Below, in pieces: positions 1-10,145 of a DNA stretch of 64,000 bases. Origin of the DNA: an uncultured delta proteobacterium (GTDB lineage Bacteria; Myxococcota_A; Polyangia; Palsa-1104); assembly GCA_963785725.1 (NCBI GenBank), contig CAWAWS010000003.1:32001-96000 (forward strand), read 5' to 3'. The notes under the pieces are model-generated. The model worked only from the letters and a program-made list of their open reading frames with translations. It was not told the DNA's origin and ran no database searches. Numbering within the stretch: the first letter of the stretch is position 1; every line of letters begins with the position of its first letter. Both the position numbers and the translations under genes were made by a program.

Positions 1-197
1 TGGATCTTGGTGCCGTCCGCGGTGCCGGCGGCGGCGACGTCGAGGCACTTGGCGCTGCCGTTGCGGACGATGGCGCCGCCCGACGTGACGGCGCTGGGAT
101 CGCCCGTGCCTTCACCACCGACGGAACCGCCAACGCAACCACCGGCGCTGAGCGCGGCGGTGAGACAAAACATGATCGAGCGCGGCTTTAGGCCCAT
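1..197 (-). CDS. Lipoprotein with ricin-B (CBM13) lectin domain, 5' part only (runs off window)
   Basis: Manual translation from ATG at 197 (AAGGAG RBS upstream): MGLKPRSIMFCLTAALSAGGCVGG...NGSAKCLDVAAAGTADGTKI. KCLDV..GTADGT is the typical ricin-type beta-trefoil repeat start. Not in the ORF track. Confidence 0.75.
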   Translation of the reverse strand, partial: MGLKPRSIMFCLTAALSAGGCVGGSVGGEGTGDPSAVTSGGAIVRNGSAKCLDVAAAGTADGTKI

Positions 198-582
198 GCG
201 TGCTCCTTTGGTTGAGCGCGACCGCGTTCGTAGCCGGCCGACTTTCGAGTGCACCTCCCTTTTGCGAGAATGGGTCCAGCCGCCCCAGGCCATAACCGAC
301 TGAAATTACGTAGGCAGTCGAGTGTATCAACGAAGGGACAGCACCTCGGCTGTCCACCTCCGGTTTCCGAATCGGCGCGTAGGACGGCCGCGCGAAGGCC
401 GCTCACGACACAGTCGGCGCGGCTGCCGCGGCAGAAACGCGGCGTGATGCAGGTCGTAGGCGGCGAAAGGTGGGAGGCACACACGCGAGCCATGGATCGC
501 GAGACGGCGGAGCACGTTCGCTGTCGGCGCTGCGGGGCTACGTCACGTGGCGCTGGCACAGCTGCTGCGCATCACGGTTAGC

Positions 583-1071
583 TTAAAGCGACAAGCGAAA
601 GAGCGGCCGGCCGATCGCACGCCACGGCCACGGAAACGCCGACGCCACGAACACGAAGAACACCAGCAGCGTCGTGCACAGGATGCGCTGCTTACGCGAC
701 TCGGGCGCGCGCTTACTGACGGCCCGTCCGACATGCGCGGTCACGAACGCCAGCAGCATCGCCGTCTCGTGCTCGATGCCGAAGAAGCGCGCGTCTTGGC
801 TCTTCATGGTCGCCGCAAACGCCGTATGAATCGCCGTCCAATAGGGGCTGAAGCCGAAGTAGAGCGTCAGGCCGAGCAGCACTTGGATATCGACGGCGGC
901 GACGAACAGCAGCGACGCCCGCTCGTCGCCGGCCGTCCAGCCGCGCGCGCGAATCGCCCGCACGAGGACGACGATCGCCGACAGCACGACCATCCAGCGC
1001 CAATAGCTGTGCACGAGGCGCAGCCAGCCGTACACATGCGTCGTCGTCGCGGCAGCGTCATGAAGCGACAT
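583..1071 (-). CDS. 4-TM integral membrane protein (cytochrome-b-like hypothetical)
   Basis: 162 aa, four hydrophobic segments, HSYWRW and EHETAMLL His motifs, C-terminal FPWPWR..RPLFR. Confidence 0.7.
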   Translation of the reverse strand: MSLHDAAATTTHVYGWLRLVHSYWRWMVVLSAIVVLVRAIRARGWTAGDERASLLFVAAVDIQVLLGLTLYFGFSPYWTAIHTAFAATMKSQDARFFGIEHETAMLLAFVTAHVGRAVSKRAPESRKQRILCTTLLVFFVFVASAFPWPWRAIGRPLFRLSL

Positions 1072-1112
1072 GAGATGGCCCTACTCTGGCGTCAATCGTG
1101 AGCGCGCGCGAG

Positions 1113-1193
1113 TGGCAAGAATGCCAATCTTCGTCGATTTCTCGCCAGTCTTTTGTCGTGGCAAAATCTCGATGGTGCTTTAGATTTCGGCCA
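1113..1193. promoter_or_regulatory. Four TGGC-type (AdpA-box-like) sites in the divergent promoter
   Basis: TGGCAAGAAT (1113 +), TGGCGAGAAA (1138-1147 -), TGGCAAAATC (1159 +), TGGCCGAAAT (1184-1193 -); these resemble the TGGCSNGWWY consensus. Confidence 0.45.
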
Positions 1194-2143
1194 TGCTCCT
1201 CATCGCGGTGGTCGCCTGCGACGGCGTCGTCCCCTTCGATCTCGCGACGCCCGTCGGCGTCTTCGGCAACACGCGCTTGGCCTCGGGCCGCGCCGCCTAT
1301 GACGTGCGCGTCTGCGGCGTCACGCGCGACATCGACGCCGGCACGTTCCGCATGCGCCCGCGTTACGGGCTGCGCAGCCTGGCCGACGCGCACACGATCA
1401 TCCTGCCCGGCGTCATCGACCCGTTCGCGCCGGTGCCGCTGCCGCTCGTGCGCGCGGTGCGGGCGGCGGCGGCGCGTGGAGCGCGCGTGGCCTCGATCTG
1501 CAGCGGCGCGTTCCTGCTCGCCGCGACCGGCCTCCTCGACGGCAAGCGCGCGACGACGCACTGGCTGGCGGCGGCCGAGCTGGCGCGCCTGCACCCGGCG
1601 ATCACCGTCGATCCCGACGTGCTGTATGTCGACGAAGGGCAGCTTCTGACGTCGGCGGGCGCGGCGGCGGGGCTCGATCTGTGTCTGCATTTGGTGCGCC
1701 GCGATTACGGCGCGGCCGTCGCTGCCGACAGCGCGCGCCGCTCGGTCATGCCGCTCGAGCGCTCGGGCGGGCAGGCGCAGTTCATCGTCCACGAGCCGCC
1801 GGCCGGCGACGGCGCGTCGCTGGAGCCGCTGCAGCGCTGGGTCGAGGCGAACCTGCATCGGCCGCTGACGCTGGAAGATTTGGCGCGCAAGGCGGCGATG
1901 AGCACGCGCACGCTCAATCGCCGCTTCCGCGAGCAGACGGGCACGACGCCGTTGCAGTGGCTGCTGCGTTGTCGCGTGCGCCGCGCGCAGCAGCTGTTGG
2001 AGACGACGGGCCAGTCGGTGGAGCAGGTGGCGACGCGCGCCGGCTTCGGCTCGGCGGCGGCGCTGCGCGATCGCTTCGGGCGCGTCGTCGGGACCGGCCC
2101 GCGCGCCTACCGGCACAACTTCCGCGGCGCCGCGGCGCGCTGA
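1193..2143 (+). CDS. GlxA/AdpA-family AraC regulator (DJ-1/PfpI + HTH)
   Basis: ASICSGAFLLAATGLLDGKRATTHW, TSAGAAAGLDLCL, GGQAQFI and a C-terminal double HTH (MSTRTLNRRFREQTG). Confidence 0.95.
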   Translation: MLLIAVVACDGVVPFDLATPVGVFGNTRLASGRAAYDVRVCGVTRDIDAGTFRMRPRYGLRSLADAHTIILPGVIDPFAPVPLPLVRAVRAAAARGARVASICSGAFLLAATGLLDGKRATTHWLAAAELARLHPAITVDPDVLYVDEGQLLTSAGAAAGLDLCLHLVRRDYGAAVAADSARRSVMPLERSGGQAQFIVHEPPAGDGASLEPLQRWVEANLHRPLTLEDLARKAAMSTRTLNRRFREQTGTTPLQWLLRCRVRRAQQLLETTGQSVEQVATRAGFGSAAALRDRFGRVVGTGPRAYRHNFRGAAAR

Positions 2144-2473
2144 GCCCGGCGCGGCTTGCAACGGCCGCGGCGTCAGGTCGCCAAAGTCGGCGTCGGCACG
2201 GTTCTCGCCCGATTTACCGCGGCGAAACAGGTCGCGTCGTCGGACCACGAGGCGCGCAAGCGCCGAATCTCTTGCGCGCGCCGGGCATTTTCCGCGCTCC
2301 AGCCGTCTTTATGGGTGCAACTGGGTGTCGCAGCGCGCTTCGGGCTAGGCAAAAGGCGCGAGGTCTGGCAACGACAAAAATCACCAAAAATCAGATTTTT
2401 GTTTCGTGGTCACACGGAATCATCGTAAGAAAACCAATCGCTAGACCCCTCAATATTTTTTGCAGGAGATGAA

Positions 2474-3016
2474 ATGCGTAAAGGTTTGATCATCGTTTCT
2501 TTGCTCGGTTGGATTGCTGGCTGCGGCGGTAGCAGCAAGAGCGGTAACGGCGGTGGCGGCGGCAGCGGTGGCGGCGGCGGCACCGGCGGCGGCGTGGCCG
2601 CTGGCGGCGGCGGCACGGCCGCGAACCCCGACCTCGCGACCCCGGCGGCTCCGCCGGATATGGTGCAGCTCAACTGCTCTCAGCTCTCCATGTGCATCAA
2701 CGCGAACCCGAACGATTCGTCGGTGCAGCAGGCCTGCTACAACGCCAGCACGACGACCGCGCAGAACCTGTTCAACGCCTACCAGAATTGCTTTACGACC
2801 GAGTGCACCCCGGTCAGCGCGACGAGCACCGACCCCTGTCTGCAGACGCAGGACGCCTGCTTGAGCTGCACGCAGTCGGGCGTCGCCACGACCGACATGG
2901 GCATGATCCAGGGCTACAGCGCCACGTGCGTCACGACCCAGGGCGGCGCCACGCAGACGAGCCCGACCTGCTCGACCTGCATCGCGGCCGTCTACGCCTG
3001 CCAGCTCGATATGTAG
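2474..3016 (+). CDS. Cys-rich secreted lipoprotein
   Basis: AGGAG RBS, lipobox IAGC, Gly linker, Cys-rich C-terminal domain. Confidence 0.8.
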   Translation: MRKGLIIVSLLGWIAGCGGSSKSGNGGGGGSGGGGGTGGGVAAGGGGTAANPDLATPAAPPDMVQLNCSQLSMCINANPNDSSVQQACYNASTTTAQNLFNAYQNCFTTECTPVSATSTDPCLQTQDACLSCTQSGVATTDMGMIQGYSATCVTTQGGATQTSPTCSTCIAAVYACQLDM

Positions 3017-3402
3017 CTCGTTCCACGCTCGCTCCCTCCTCCGCTCGTCTCGTCTAGCCCGCACGCATCGCCAGCTCGTCATCGCGATCGCACCTCGCGC
3101 CCGTCGCTATATGCGCCTTGCCCGTATGATTCAGTGCGCGCGAGCCGCCCGCGGCGCCGTCACGTGAAGCGGCGACCGCCGGCTTCGTTCTCTGCGCATG
3201 TGCCGGGCGCTGCTGCGGCGGGCGCCGAGCTTGTCTGCCGTCGTCGATAGGCTGGTCGAGCGCGAAGGTCGTCGCCGAAGCGACTTGGGCCAGGCTCGGT
3301 GATGACGGAGGTGTTTGCGGAAAGGCGCTGGTGTTTCGGAGCTGACGGAAAAGAAGCGACGCCGCCGGCGGGAGGGGCCACCGGCGACGTCGCCCGAGGG
3401 GC

Positions 3403-5050
3403 CTAGTGCATGCCGTTCGCGAGGAACGCCTTCAGGTAGCCGTGCACGCCGACGCCGCCGATGGAGTTGCACGTCGGCGAGGCCGAGCCCGCCGGGCAAT
3501 CGGTGTCGCGGTCGTACGACCAGTAGTGGATGCCGGCCATGCCCTTGGAGATGGCGAACTGCGAGATGGTGTCGACGTCAGCGACGGTGAAGTGCTCGTC
3601 CTGCGCGTCGTTGCCGCCGATCATCGGGGTCAGCTCGATGTTGCTGTAAGGCACGCCCCAGTGGTCGTTGAGGTTGTCGGCCGCCTGAATCGCCGACTGA
3701 CCCATCTGGCACAAGCCGCCCGAGACGACGCAGACGCCGGCCGACGGGCTGCCGTAGTCCATCGTCATCAGGTTGACCGTGACGTAGCTGGGCCAGCGTG
3801 CCGGCCGAGCCGTTGAAGCCGAGGCCGCTCTTGACCGCGTTGAGCGTGTTGTCGCCGTAGACGTTGAAGCTGTCGGGCGCGCTTCCGCCGAGCGACGTGG
3901 CCGAGCTGGCGCCGTTGTTGTTCGCCAGCGTCGCCAAGGTGAGGCTGAAGCGCAGGCCCGGGTACGCCGAGTGCGCCGTCTTGATGCGGGCGATCAGGTC
4001 ATTGATGACGTCCTGCGACTGGCCGGCCTCGATGTCGAAGTCGACGCCGATGAGGCCGGGCGACGACCAGCGGCTGATGAAGGTCGCGAAGCCGGCGTCG
4101 GTGCCGCACGTGAAGGAGCCGGCCGCGCCGCCCGTCGACAGGATGTACTTGACGCCCGAGCTCGACAGCGTCGGCACGTTGGCCGAGGCCATGGCCGCGC
4201 CCTGCACGCCGCCCCAGTTTTCACTGCCGCACTCGCCGGTGGCGAAGGCGAGCGTGATGGTCTTGCCGCCGGCCGAGGTCAGATCCTGCGTCAGCGGCGT
4301 GGGCGTGCCCGTGACGCTGGTGGTGATCATGTTGGTGTTCCAGTTCATGTTGATGCTGGTGTCCTTGTAGGCGCTGAACACGAGGCCCGCCGCCGCGCCG
4401 GTGCCGCCGCCGCCACCGGTCGTACCGCCGCCGCCCGCGCTACCGCCGCCGCCGGCCGAGCCGCTGCCGCCGGCCGAGCCGCTGCCGCCCGCCGAGCCGC
4501 CGCCGCTGCACGCGCCCTCGTCGGCCCAGACGCCGCTGCCGCCGGTGCTGGGGGCCTCGCCTTGCGTCCACCACTTCGCCTCCCACGTGTGGCCGTTGTA
4601 GCTCACGAGCATGCCGCCGGTGTAGATCGCGCTCGCGCTCCACGCGGCCGCCGTGCAGGTGCCGCCCGAGCCGCCGCTGCCAGCCGAGCCGCCGCCGCCA
4701 GCCGTGCCGCTTCCACCGGCCGTGCCGCTTCCACCGGCCGTGCCGCTTCCACCGGCCGTGCCGCCGCCGTTCGAGCACTGCACGGGCGTCCACAGCGCGG
4801 GCACGGCCGAGGGCGTCCAGTCCGACAGCGCCGTGTGGCCCTGCAAGCATTGGTAGTCGCTGCCCTGGTAGCTGACGATGGCGCCGGTCGCGTAGGACGT
4901 GCCGGGCGTCCAGGCCGGCACCGAAGCCGGGCACGTCACGCTGAGTGGGGCGGAGGATTCATGCTCGCCAGCCGCGCCACACCCGGCCACCGCGGCAAAC
5001 ATGATGAGAATGGAAGGAGCGCGAAGAGCTTTGACGAGTGTTGGTCGCAT
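3403..5050 (-). CDS. GH18 chitinase lipoprotein with two CBM5/12-type chitin-binding modules (frameshift near 3800)
   Basis: Lipobox VAGC; modules W..GTSYATGAIVSYQG and YNGHTWEAKWWTQGEAP; catalytic GVDFDIE (DxDxE); C-terminus continues in ORF 3403..3768 (MTMDYG, LTPMIG, HYWSYDRD). Confidence 0.9.
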
Positions 5051-5414
5051 GACTCGGCCTCATCGCAAGACGAGGGCCACTCGGTTCTGCGTGCAAGCTG
5101 CTGAAAACGCGTAAACACGAATCGGCGGCGGTGAGGGGTGAAAGCACCTCGTGTCAACCTCGCATTCACAGCGACGGACGAGTGCGCACGGAAGGTCGCA
5201 GCGGCGCCCGCCAGCGACGGTAAACTGGAGTTGTCACTGTCTCTCGACGGAGACATGACGCAGCTCGGGGAGCGCGTTTCTGACGGCGCTCTCCGACGGG
5301 CAGCGACGATTCCGCGCGCGCTACGAGAGTCGTCCTGCGTCGCGGCGCGGCGAAGAAGCGGCGCCAATCGCCGACGACGAATCCGCCGCGGATCACCTGC
5401 GCGCAGCAGTCCTA

Positions 5415-5585
5415 AATCGCCGCGCGCAGCCCGCTGCAGATCGCCGCGCGTGCAGCCGGAAATCGCCCCGCGAGCGCGTCGGCAAAATCGCCGCGCGCGC
5501 AGCCGTGAATCGCCGCGCGCAGCCGTGAATCGCCGCGCGCAGCCGTGAACCGCCGCGCGCGCGCAAGCGCAATCGCGCGCGGCGA
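5415..5585. repeat. Degenerate ~20-bp tandem repeat (AATCGCCGCGCGCAGCCGTG), about 8 copies
   Basis: Near-identical consecutive units at about 5486-5560, with diverged copies on both sides; intergenic. Confidence 0.7.
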
Positions 5586-6042
5586 CACCGCCACCTGCGG
5601 CCGATTGTCGCAGCGACGAGCGCGCCCGCGGGCGCTGTCGTTCTATGTCCGCTGCGACGCGCCTTCCGCGACAGACAACAGCACATAGAAAAGCGACATA
5701 AAAACTGCGACACGTTGCCACGCGTAATCGGGTGCGACAAATCGCCGCACAAAATGAAACATCAATGATTTCAACACACGAGAAACAATATACGTCGGCG
5801 CGCGCACGAACGAATCGACGAGGGAAAGCAAATCGCCACCGTCGAGCGCACTTGGCGGCCGGGCGTTTCCTTGACACTTACACACCATTGCTGCCATTTG
5901 AATTTGTACGCTCGTACGGTCGGCCAAAACTGCCCGCTGCGCGCGATTCTCGACGAGAGGGAAGAAGATCTGTTGATTCGAACGTAACCAAAACTGATTC
6001 GGTTTGCGTTCGATTTGAATTGGTTTCGCGGTCGCTGGGGAG

Positions 6043-7350
6043 ATGGAGCAGCACATGGAAGTCGTCGTCACCGGGATCGGTCCGCTCTTGCCGAACTGCG
6101 CCGACCGCGGCGCCTTGTGGACGCACCTGCGCGAAGGGCTGTCGCAGCTGACGTTCGAGCCGACGCCGACGAGCGACGGCGGACAATGGAGCGCCGGGCG
6201 CCTCGGCGACCTCGAGCCGGCGCGCTGGCTCGACCGTTTCCCACGCAAATTCTACGAGCGTTACAGCCGCGAGCAGCAGATCTACTTGGTGTCGCTGGTC
6301 ATCGCGCTCGCCGACGCGCGGCTCGACCTCGACGACGAGCCGCGCGAGCGCGTGGCGCTGTTCGACGGCACGTCCCGCGGCAACTTCGACTTTTGGTACG
6401 ACCGCGTGCGGCAAGAGCAGGCGCGCCCGCCGAGCGAGCTGTACACGCGGCGCGAGCTGATGCTGGGGACGCCCGGACAAGCGGCGAATCTGGCGGCGGC
6501 GCTGTTTCGCATTCGCGGGCCGGTCTACACCTTCAGTGGCACCTGCTGCTCGGGCGCGATGGCGCTCGGTCAGGCCTATCGCGAGCTCGCGAGCGGCGGC
6601 GACATCGAAGTCGCGCTCGCCAGCGGCCACGACTCGTGCCGCGCCGCCCCGCTCTATCATATGTATCGCGAGGCCGGGCTCGTCTCCGCCGAGCAGAAGG
6701 ACGCGCGCCGCGCCATTCGCCCCTTCGCCGCCGCCGATTCCCCCGTCGACGGCGGCGTGCACGGCAACGCCTTCGGCGAAGGCGCCATCACGATCGTGCT
6801 CGAGACGCGCGCCCACGCCGAACGCCGCGGCGCGAACATCTTGGCGACCATCGGCGGCTTTCAGTGCGGCAACAACGGCGCCCATCCCACCGACGTCGAC
6901 AAAGAGGGAACGCGGGCGACGGCGCTCATGAATCGCGTGCTGCAGCGGAGCGGGGTCGATCAGGAGCAGATCGGCTTCGTCGTCGGACACGGCAACGGGG
7001 TCGCGCAGAGCGACCGCTCCGAGGTCGCCTATTTGCAGCGCGTCTTCGCGGCGCGCACGCCGGAAGTGCCGCTCTTGTCGACGAAGCCGCTCTATGGCCA
7101 CCTGTTGGGCGCGTCGAGCACGCTCAACGTCGCGGCGGCGGTGTTGATGCTGCATCACCGCTGGGTCGTGCCGACGGCGAACGTCGACGGTGGCCCCTTC
7201 CTGACGGCCGACCGGCGCGCGAGCGGAGGCGTCGATCATCGCGCCGGCGGCGGACGGCCGTGCCATTCGCCGGCGGGCATGGCGGTCTCGTACGGCATCG
7301 GCGGGCACAACACGGTGACGCTGGTCGAGCGCGTCGAGGCGGCGGCCTAA
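6043..7350 (+). CDS. Beta-ketoacyl synthase (FabF/KAS-II-like)
   Basis: VVVTGIG start, catalytic Cys in GTCCSG, FGEGA, GHGNG and STKPLYGHLLGAS His motifs, SYGIGGHN. Confidence 0.9.
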   Translation: MEQHMEVVVTGIGPLLPNCADRGALWTHLREGLSQLTFEPTPTSDGGQWSAGRLGDLEPARWLDRFPRKFYERYSREQQIYLVSLVIALADARLDLDDEPRERVALFDGTSRGNFDFWYDRVRQEQARPPSELYTRRELMLGTPGQAANLAAALFRIRGPVYTFSGTCCSGAMALGQAYRELASGGDIEVALASGHDSCRAAPLYHMYREAGLVSAEQKDARRAIRPFAAADSPVDGGVHGNAFGEGAITIVLETRAHAERRGANILATIGGFQCGNNGAHPTDVDKEGTRATALMNRVLQRSGVDQEQIGFVVGHGNGVAQSDRSEVAYLQRVFAARTPEVPLLSTKPLYGHLLGASSTLNVAAAVLMLHHRWVVPTANVDGGPFLTADRRASGGVDHRAGGGRPCHSPAGMAVSYGIGGHNTVTLVERVEAAA

Positions 7351-9177
7351 ATGCGCGCCGGCAAATTGATGCGCCTTCACGACGCCGTGCGCGCCCACGT
7401 CACGCCGGGCATGCATCTGCACTTCGCGTCGACGCCGAGCCGCTCGAACGCGGCCGTGCGTGAGATCGCGCGCTCGTTCGTCGGCACCCGGCCGCGCTTT
7501 AGGCTGAGCAGCACCGGCTTTCACTCGCTCTTGCACCTCTTGCCGATGCTGCGGCTGGGCGAGACCTTGGCGGGCTGCTTCTTCGGCGATCATTATCCGG
7601 CGCCGCGACCGAACCCGCTCTACACGCGCGTCGCCGCCGCCGGCGTCACGCTCGAGCAGTGGTCGCTGGGCTCGTTCGTGGCCAGCTTGCGCGCCGGCGC
7701 CCAGGGCGACCGCTGGGCCGTCAATCGCACGCTCGCGGGCACGACGCTGGCCGCCGATCTCGCCGCGGCCGGACGTTATCGCGAGCTGCCCGATCCCGCC
7801 GACGACACGCGCAGCCTCGGCCTGTGCGCGGCCATGCGGTCCGACGTCACGTTCGTCCACGCCGCGGTCGGCGACGACGACGGCAACGTCCTCATGTCGG
7901 CGCCGTTCTCCGAAGGCTTGTGGAGCGCGCTCGGGGCCAAACGCGGCGTCATCGTCACCGTCGAGCGACTGGCGCCGTGCGCGTGGAGCCGCGAATATCC
8001 CGACTTGATCGCGCTGCCGGCCGATCGCGTGCTCGCGGTGTGCGTCGAGCCGTTCGGCGCCCATCCGCAGTCGTTTCACTGCGAGCCCGACCTCGGCGTC
8101 GCCTCTTATCGGGACGATTTCGCGCACTACGACGCCTGGCGCGCGCTGACGACGGACGAGGCGGCGGCCGGTCGCGTCATCGCCCGCATCATCGACGGCG
8201 ACGACGGCGGCGAGGCCTACCGCGCCATGGTCGGCGGCGCGCGACTGGCGGAGCTGACCGTGCCGCGGGCGCGGCGGGCCTATCGCCGCACGTGGACGCC
8301 CGCTCCGACAGCTCCGGCGCGCGCTCAGACAGTGCTCGCCCCACGGGCGGCGCAAGACAGCTCGCGCGCGCCGGAGCTGTCTCCGCTCTGCCTGCAGACC
8401 AGAACGAGCCGGAAGGAACGCGCCGTGAGCAAGGGACGCGCGGTCGATCACATGATCGTCGGTGGGGCGCGGCAGTTGGCGGCGCGGGCCAAGGCGATGG
8501 GCGCGCGCGTGCTCATCGCCGGCATCGGGCACGCGTTTTTTGCGTCGCGGATGGCGCAGCTGCAGCTGGCGGACGAAGGATTCGAGCTGCAGGTCATGGT
8601 CGAGATCGGGCTCTATGGCGTCGCCTGCGGCGTCGAAGGGCATGGCTATCCGCTCGCGTATGACAATGTTCGGCATGCGCGGCGGCTGAGCTCGATCGAC
8701 GACGTGCTCGGCGTGCTCAGCTGCGGCGCCGACAACCGCTGCTTGGGCGCGCTCGGCGCCGCGCAGGTCGACGCCGAGGGCAACTTGAACAGCACGCGCT
8801 TGGCCGACGGGCGCGTGCTCGTGGGATCGGGCGGCGCGTGCGACATCGCGGCGGCGGCGACCGAAGTCGTCGTCCTGACGCGCCTCGAGCCCGGGCGGCT
8901 GGTCGCGAGGCTCGACCATCGCACCAGCCCCGGTCGTGCCGTGAAATCGGTCGTCACCGATCGCGGCACGCTCGTGCGCGGCGACGGCGGCTGGCAGCTG
9001 GCGTCGCTGTCGGCGGACGCCGCGAACGACGACGATCGCGCAGCCGTCGCGCGCGACTGCGCCTGGCCGTTGACGTTCGCGGCCGAGCTGACGCACGCCG
9101 CGCCCATCACGGCGCGCGAGGCCGAGCTTTTGACGATGCTCGATCCCGACGGTCTCTTTCGCGGACGTGCCGCATGA
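7351..9177 (+). CDS. Family I CoA-transferase (glutaconate/3-oxoadipate type), fused alpha+beta subunits
   Basis: Alpha part: HAAVGDDDGN, EPFGAHP. Beta part: VMVEIG (catalytic Glu position), GAAQVDAEGNLNST, GSGGACDIA. The linker is formed by a palindromic element, and an in-frame GGAAGGA..GTG (8425) precedes the beta part. Confidence 0.85.
   Translation: MRAGKLMRLHDAVRAHVTPGMHLHFASTPSRSNAAVREIARSFVGTRPRFRLSSTGFHSLLHLLPMLRLGETLAGCFFGDHYPAPRPNPLYTRVAAAGVTLEQWSLGSFVASLRAGAQGDRWAVNRTLAGTTLAADLAAAGRYRELPDPADDTRSLGLCAAMRSDVTFVHAAVGDDDGNVLMSAPFSEGLWSALGAKRGVIVTVERLAPCAWSREYPDLIALPADRVLAVCVEPFGAHPQSFHCEPDLGVASYRDDFAHYDAWRALTTDEAAAGRVIARIIDGDDGGEAYRAMVGGARLAELTVPRARRAYRRTWTPAPTAPARAQTVLAPRAAQDSSRAPELSPLCLQTRTSRKERAVSKGRAVDHMIVGGARQLAARAKAMGARVLIAGIGHAFFASRMAQLQLADEGFELQVMVEIGLYGVACGVEGHGYPLAYDNVRHARRLSSIDDVLGVLSCGADNRCLGALGAAQVDAEGNLNSTRLADGRVLVGSGGACDIAAAATEVVVLTRLEPGRLVARLDHRTSPGRAVKSVVTDRGTLVRGDGGWQLASLSADAANDDDRAAVARDCAWPLTFAAELTHAAPITAREAELLTMLDPDGLFRGRAA
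8302..8392 (+). repeat. Palindromic element copy 1 (in-frame inside the CoA-transferase)
   Basis: Perfect 18-bp arms 8307-8324 / 8364-8381; the 39-nt loop is nearly identical to the copies at 39.1 and 40.5 kb. Confidence 0.9.
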
Positions 9178-10145
9178 GCGAGCACGACGTGCGCATCACC
9201 GGCTTCGCCAGCTACCTGCCGAAGCTCATGCATACGAACGCGACCTTGCCGCCGCTCGACGAGCCGATCGGCGACGACGAGCTGCAGCGCATCGGCGTCT
9301 TCCGGCGCGGCTGGGCCGGCGAAGACGAGGGCGTGGCCGACATGGCGCTCGCCGCCGCCCAGCGCGCGCTCGCGCGTGCCGGCGTGCGCGCCGACGAGCT
9401 CGACGTGGTCATCGTCGCCAACTGGACGCAGCGTCGCTTCTTGCCCGAGTTCGCGCCCAAGCTGAAGCTGCTGCTCGGCGCCGCGCGCGCGTTCGCCCAC
9501 GACCTCGGCTGCGCCTGCGCCGGCTTTCTGTACGGCGTCGCCACCGCCAGCGAATTCCTACGCAATCCGCGCTATCGGCGCGCGCTCGTCGTCGCCTCGG
9601 AGACGACGTCGCGACGGGCGCGACCGGGCAGCCGCGGCACGCTCATCCTCGGCGATGGCGCAGGCGCCTTCGTGCTCGAGCGCGCCGACGATTCCGACGC
9701 GCGCGGCGGCAAGCTCATCGACTACGAGCTCGCCAGCGACGGCGCGCATCACGGCATCATGGAGATCAACGCCGCCGGCTGGGTGCAGACGCATCTGCCG
9801 CAGCGCGAGCTGTGCGCGCTGGCGGCGCGCTCGATCGCCGACGTCAGCCGCCGGCTGCTCGACCGCAACGGCCTCACCCTCGCCGACGTCGCCTGGCTGG
9901 TGCCGCATTCGGGCACCGCCGGCGTGCAAGCGGCCATCGCGCGCACGCTCGAGCTGCCCGACACGCGCATCCTCACCAACTACGCCGACGTCGGCAACGT
10001 GTCGTCGGCGTCGATTCCCGTCGCGCTCGATCATTTCGTGGCCGCGGGTCGCGTGCAGCCGGGCGATCTCGTGCTGTCGGCGGCGGTCGGTGGCGGCTGG
10101 TACGTCGCCGCCGCGCTCTACACCGTCGGCGAGGCGCACGCGTGA
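9174..10145 (+). CDS. FabH/KAS-III-like condensing enzyme, triad intact
   Basis: ATGA overlap with the upstream gene; ACAGFLYG (Cys), GDGAGA, VPHSG (His), GNVSSASIP (Asn). Confidence 0.9.
   Translation: MSEHDVRITGFASYLPKLMHTNATLPPLDEPIGDDELQRIGVFRRGWAGEDEGVADMALAAAQRALARAGVRADELDVVIVANWTQRRFLPEFAPKLKLLLGAARAFAHDLGCACAGFLYGVATASEFLRNPRYRRALVVASETTSRRARPGSRGTLILGDGAGAFVLERADDSDARGGKLIDYELASDGAHHGIMEINAAGWVQTHLPQRELCALAARSIADVSRRLLDRNGLTLADVAWLVPHSGTAGVQAAIARTLELPDTRILTNYADVGNVSSASIPVALDHFVAAGRVQPGDLVLSAAVGGGWYVAAALYTVGEAHA

Noticed and set aside
200..360. Riboswitch (for example c-di-GMP) upstream of the lectin lipoprotein
   Set aside because: Short hairpins exist (GGACAGC/GCTGTCC, CGACTG/CAGTCG) but I could not match a riboswitch consensus
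2375..2401. CAAAAATCAGATTTTTG palindrome upstream of the Cys-rich lipoprotein
   Set aside because: Single low-complexity AT-rich occurrence; not enough support to call an operator
4390..4770. 18-bp repeats in the chitinase
   Set aside because: They encode ordinary Gly/Ser/Thr linkers (TAGGSG, SAGGSG)
5415..5585. Possible CRISPR or iteron array
   Set aside because: Degenerate GC-rich tandem units, no unique spacers and no rep gene
5878..9096. 1072-aa minus-strand ORF, and similar long antisense ORFs (56034..60395, 22383..24254, 43573..45720)
   Set aside because: Antisense shadows of real high-GC genes; Arg/Ala-rich with no motifs
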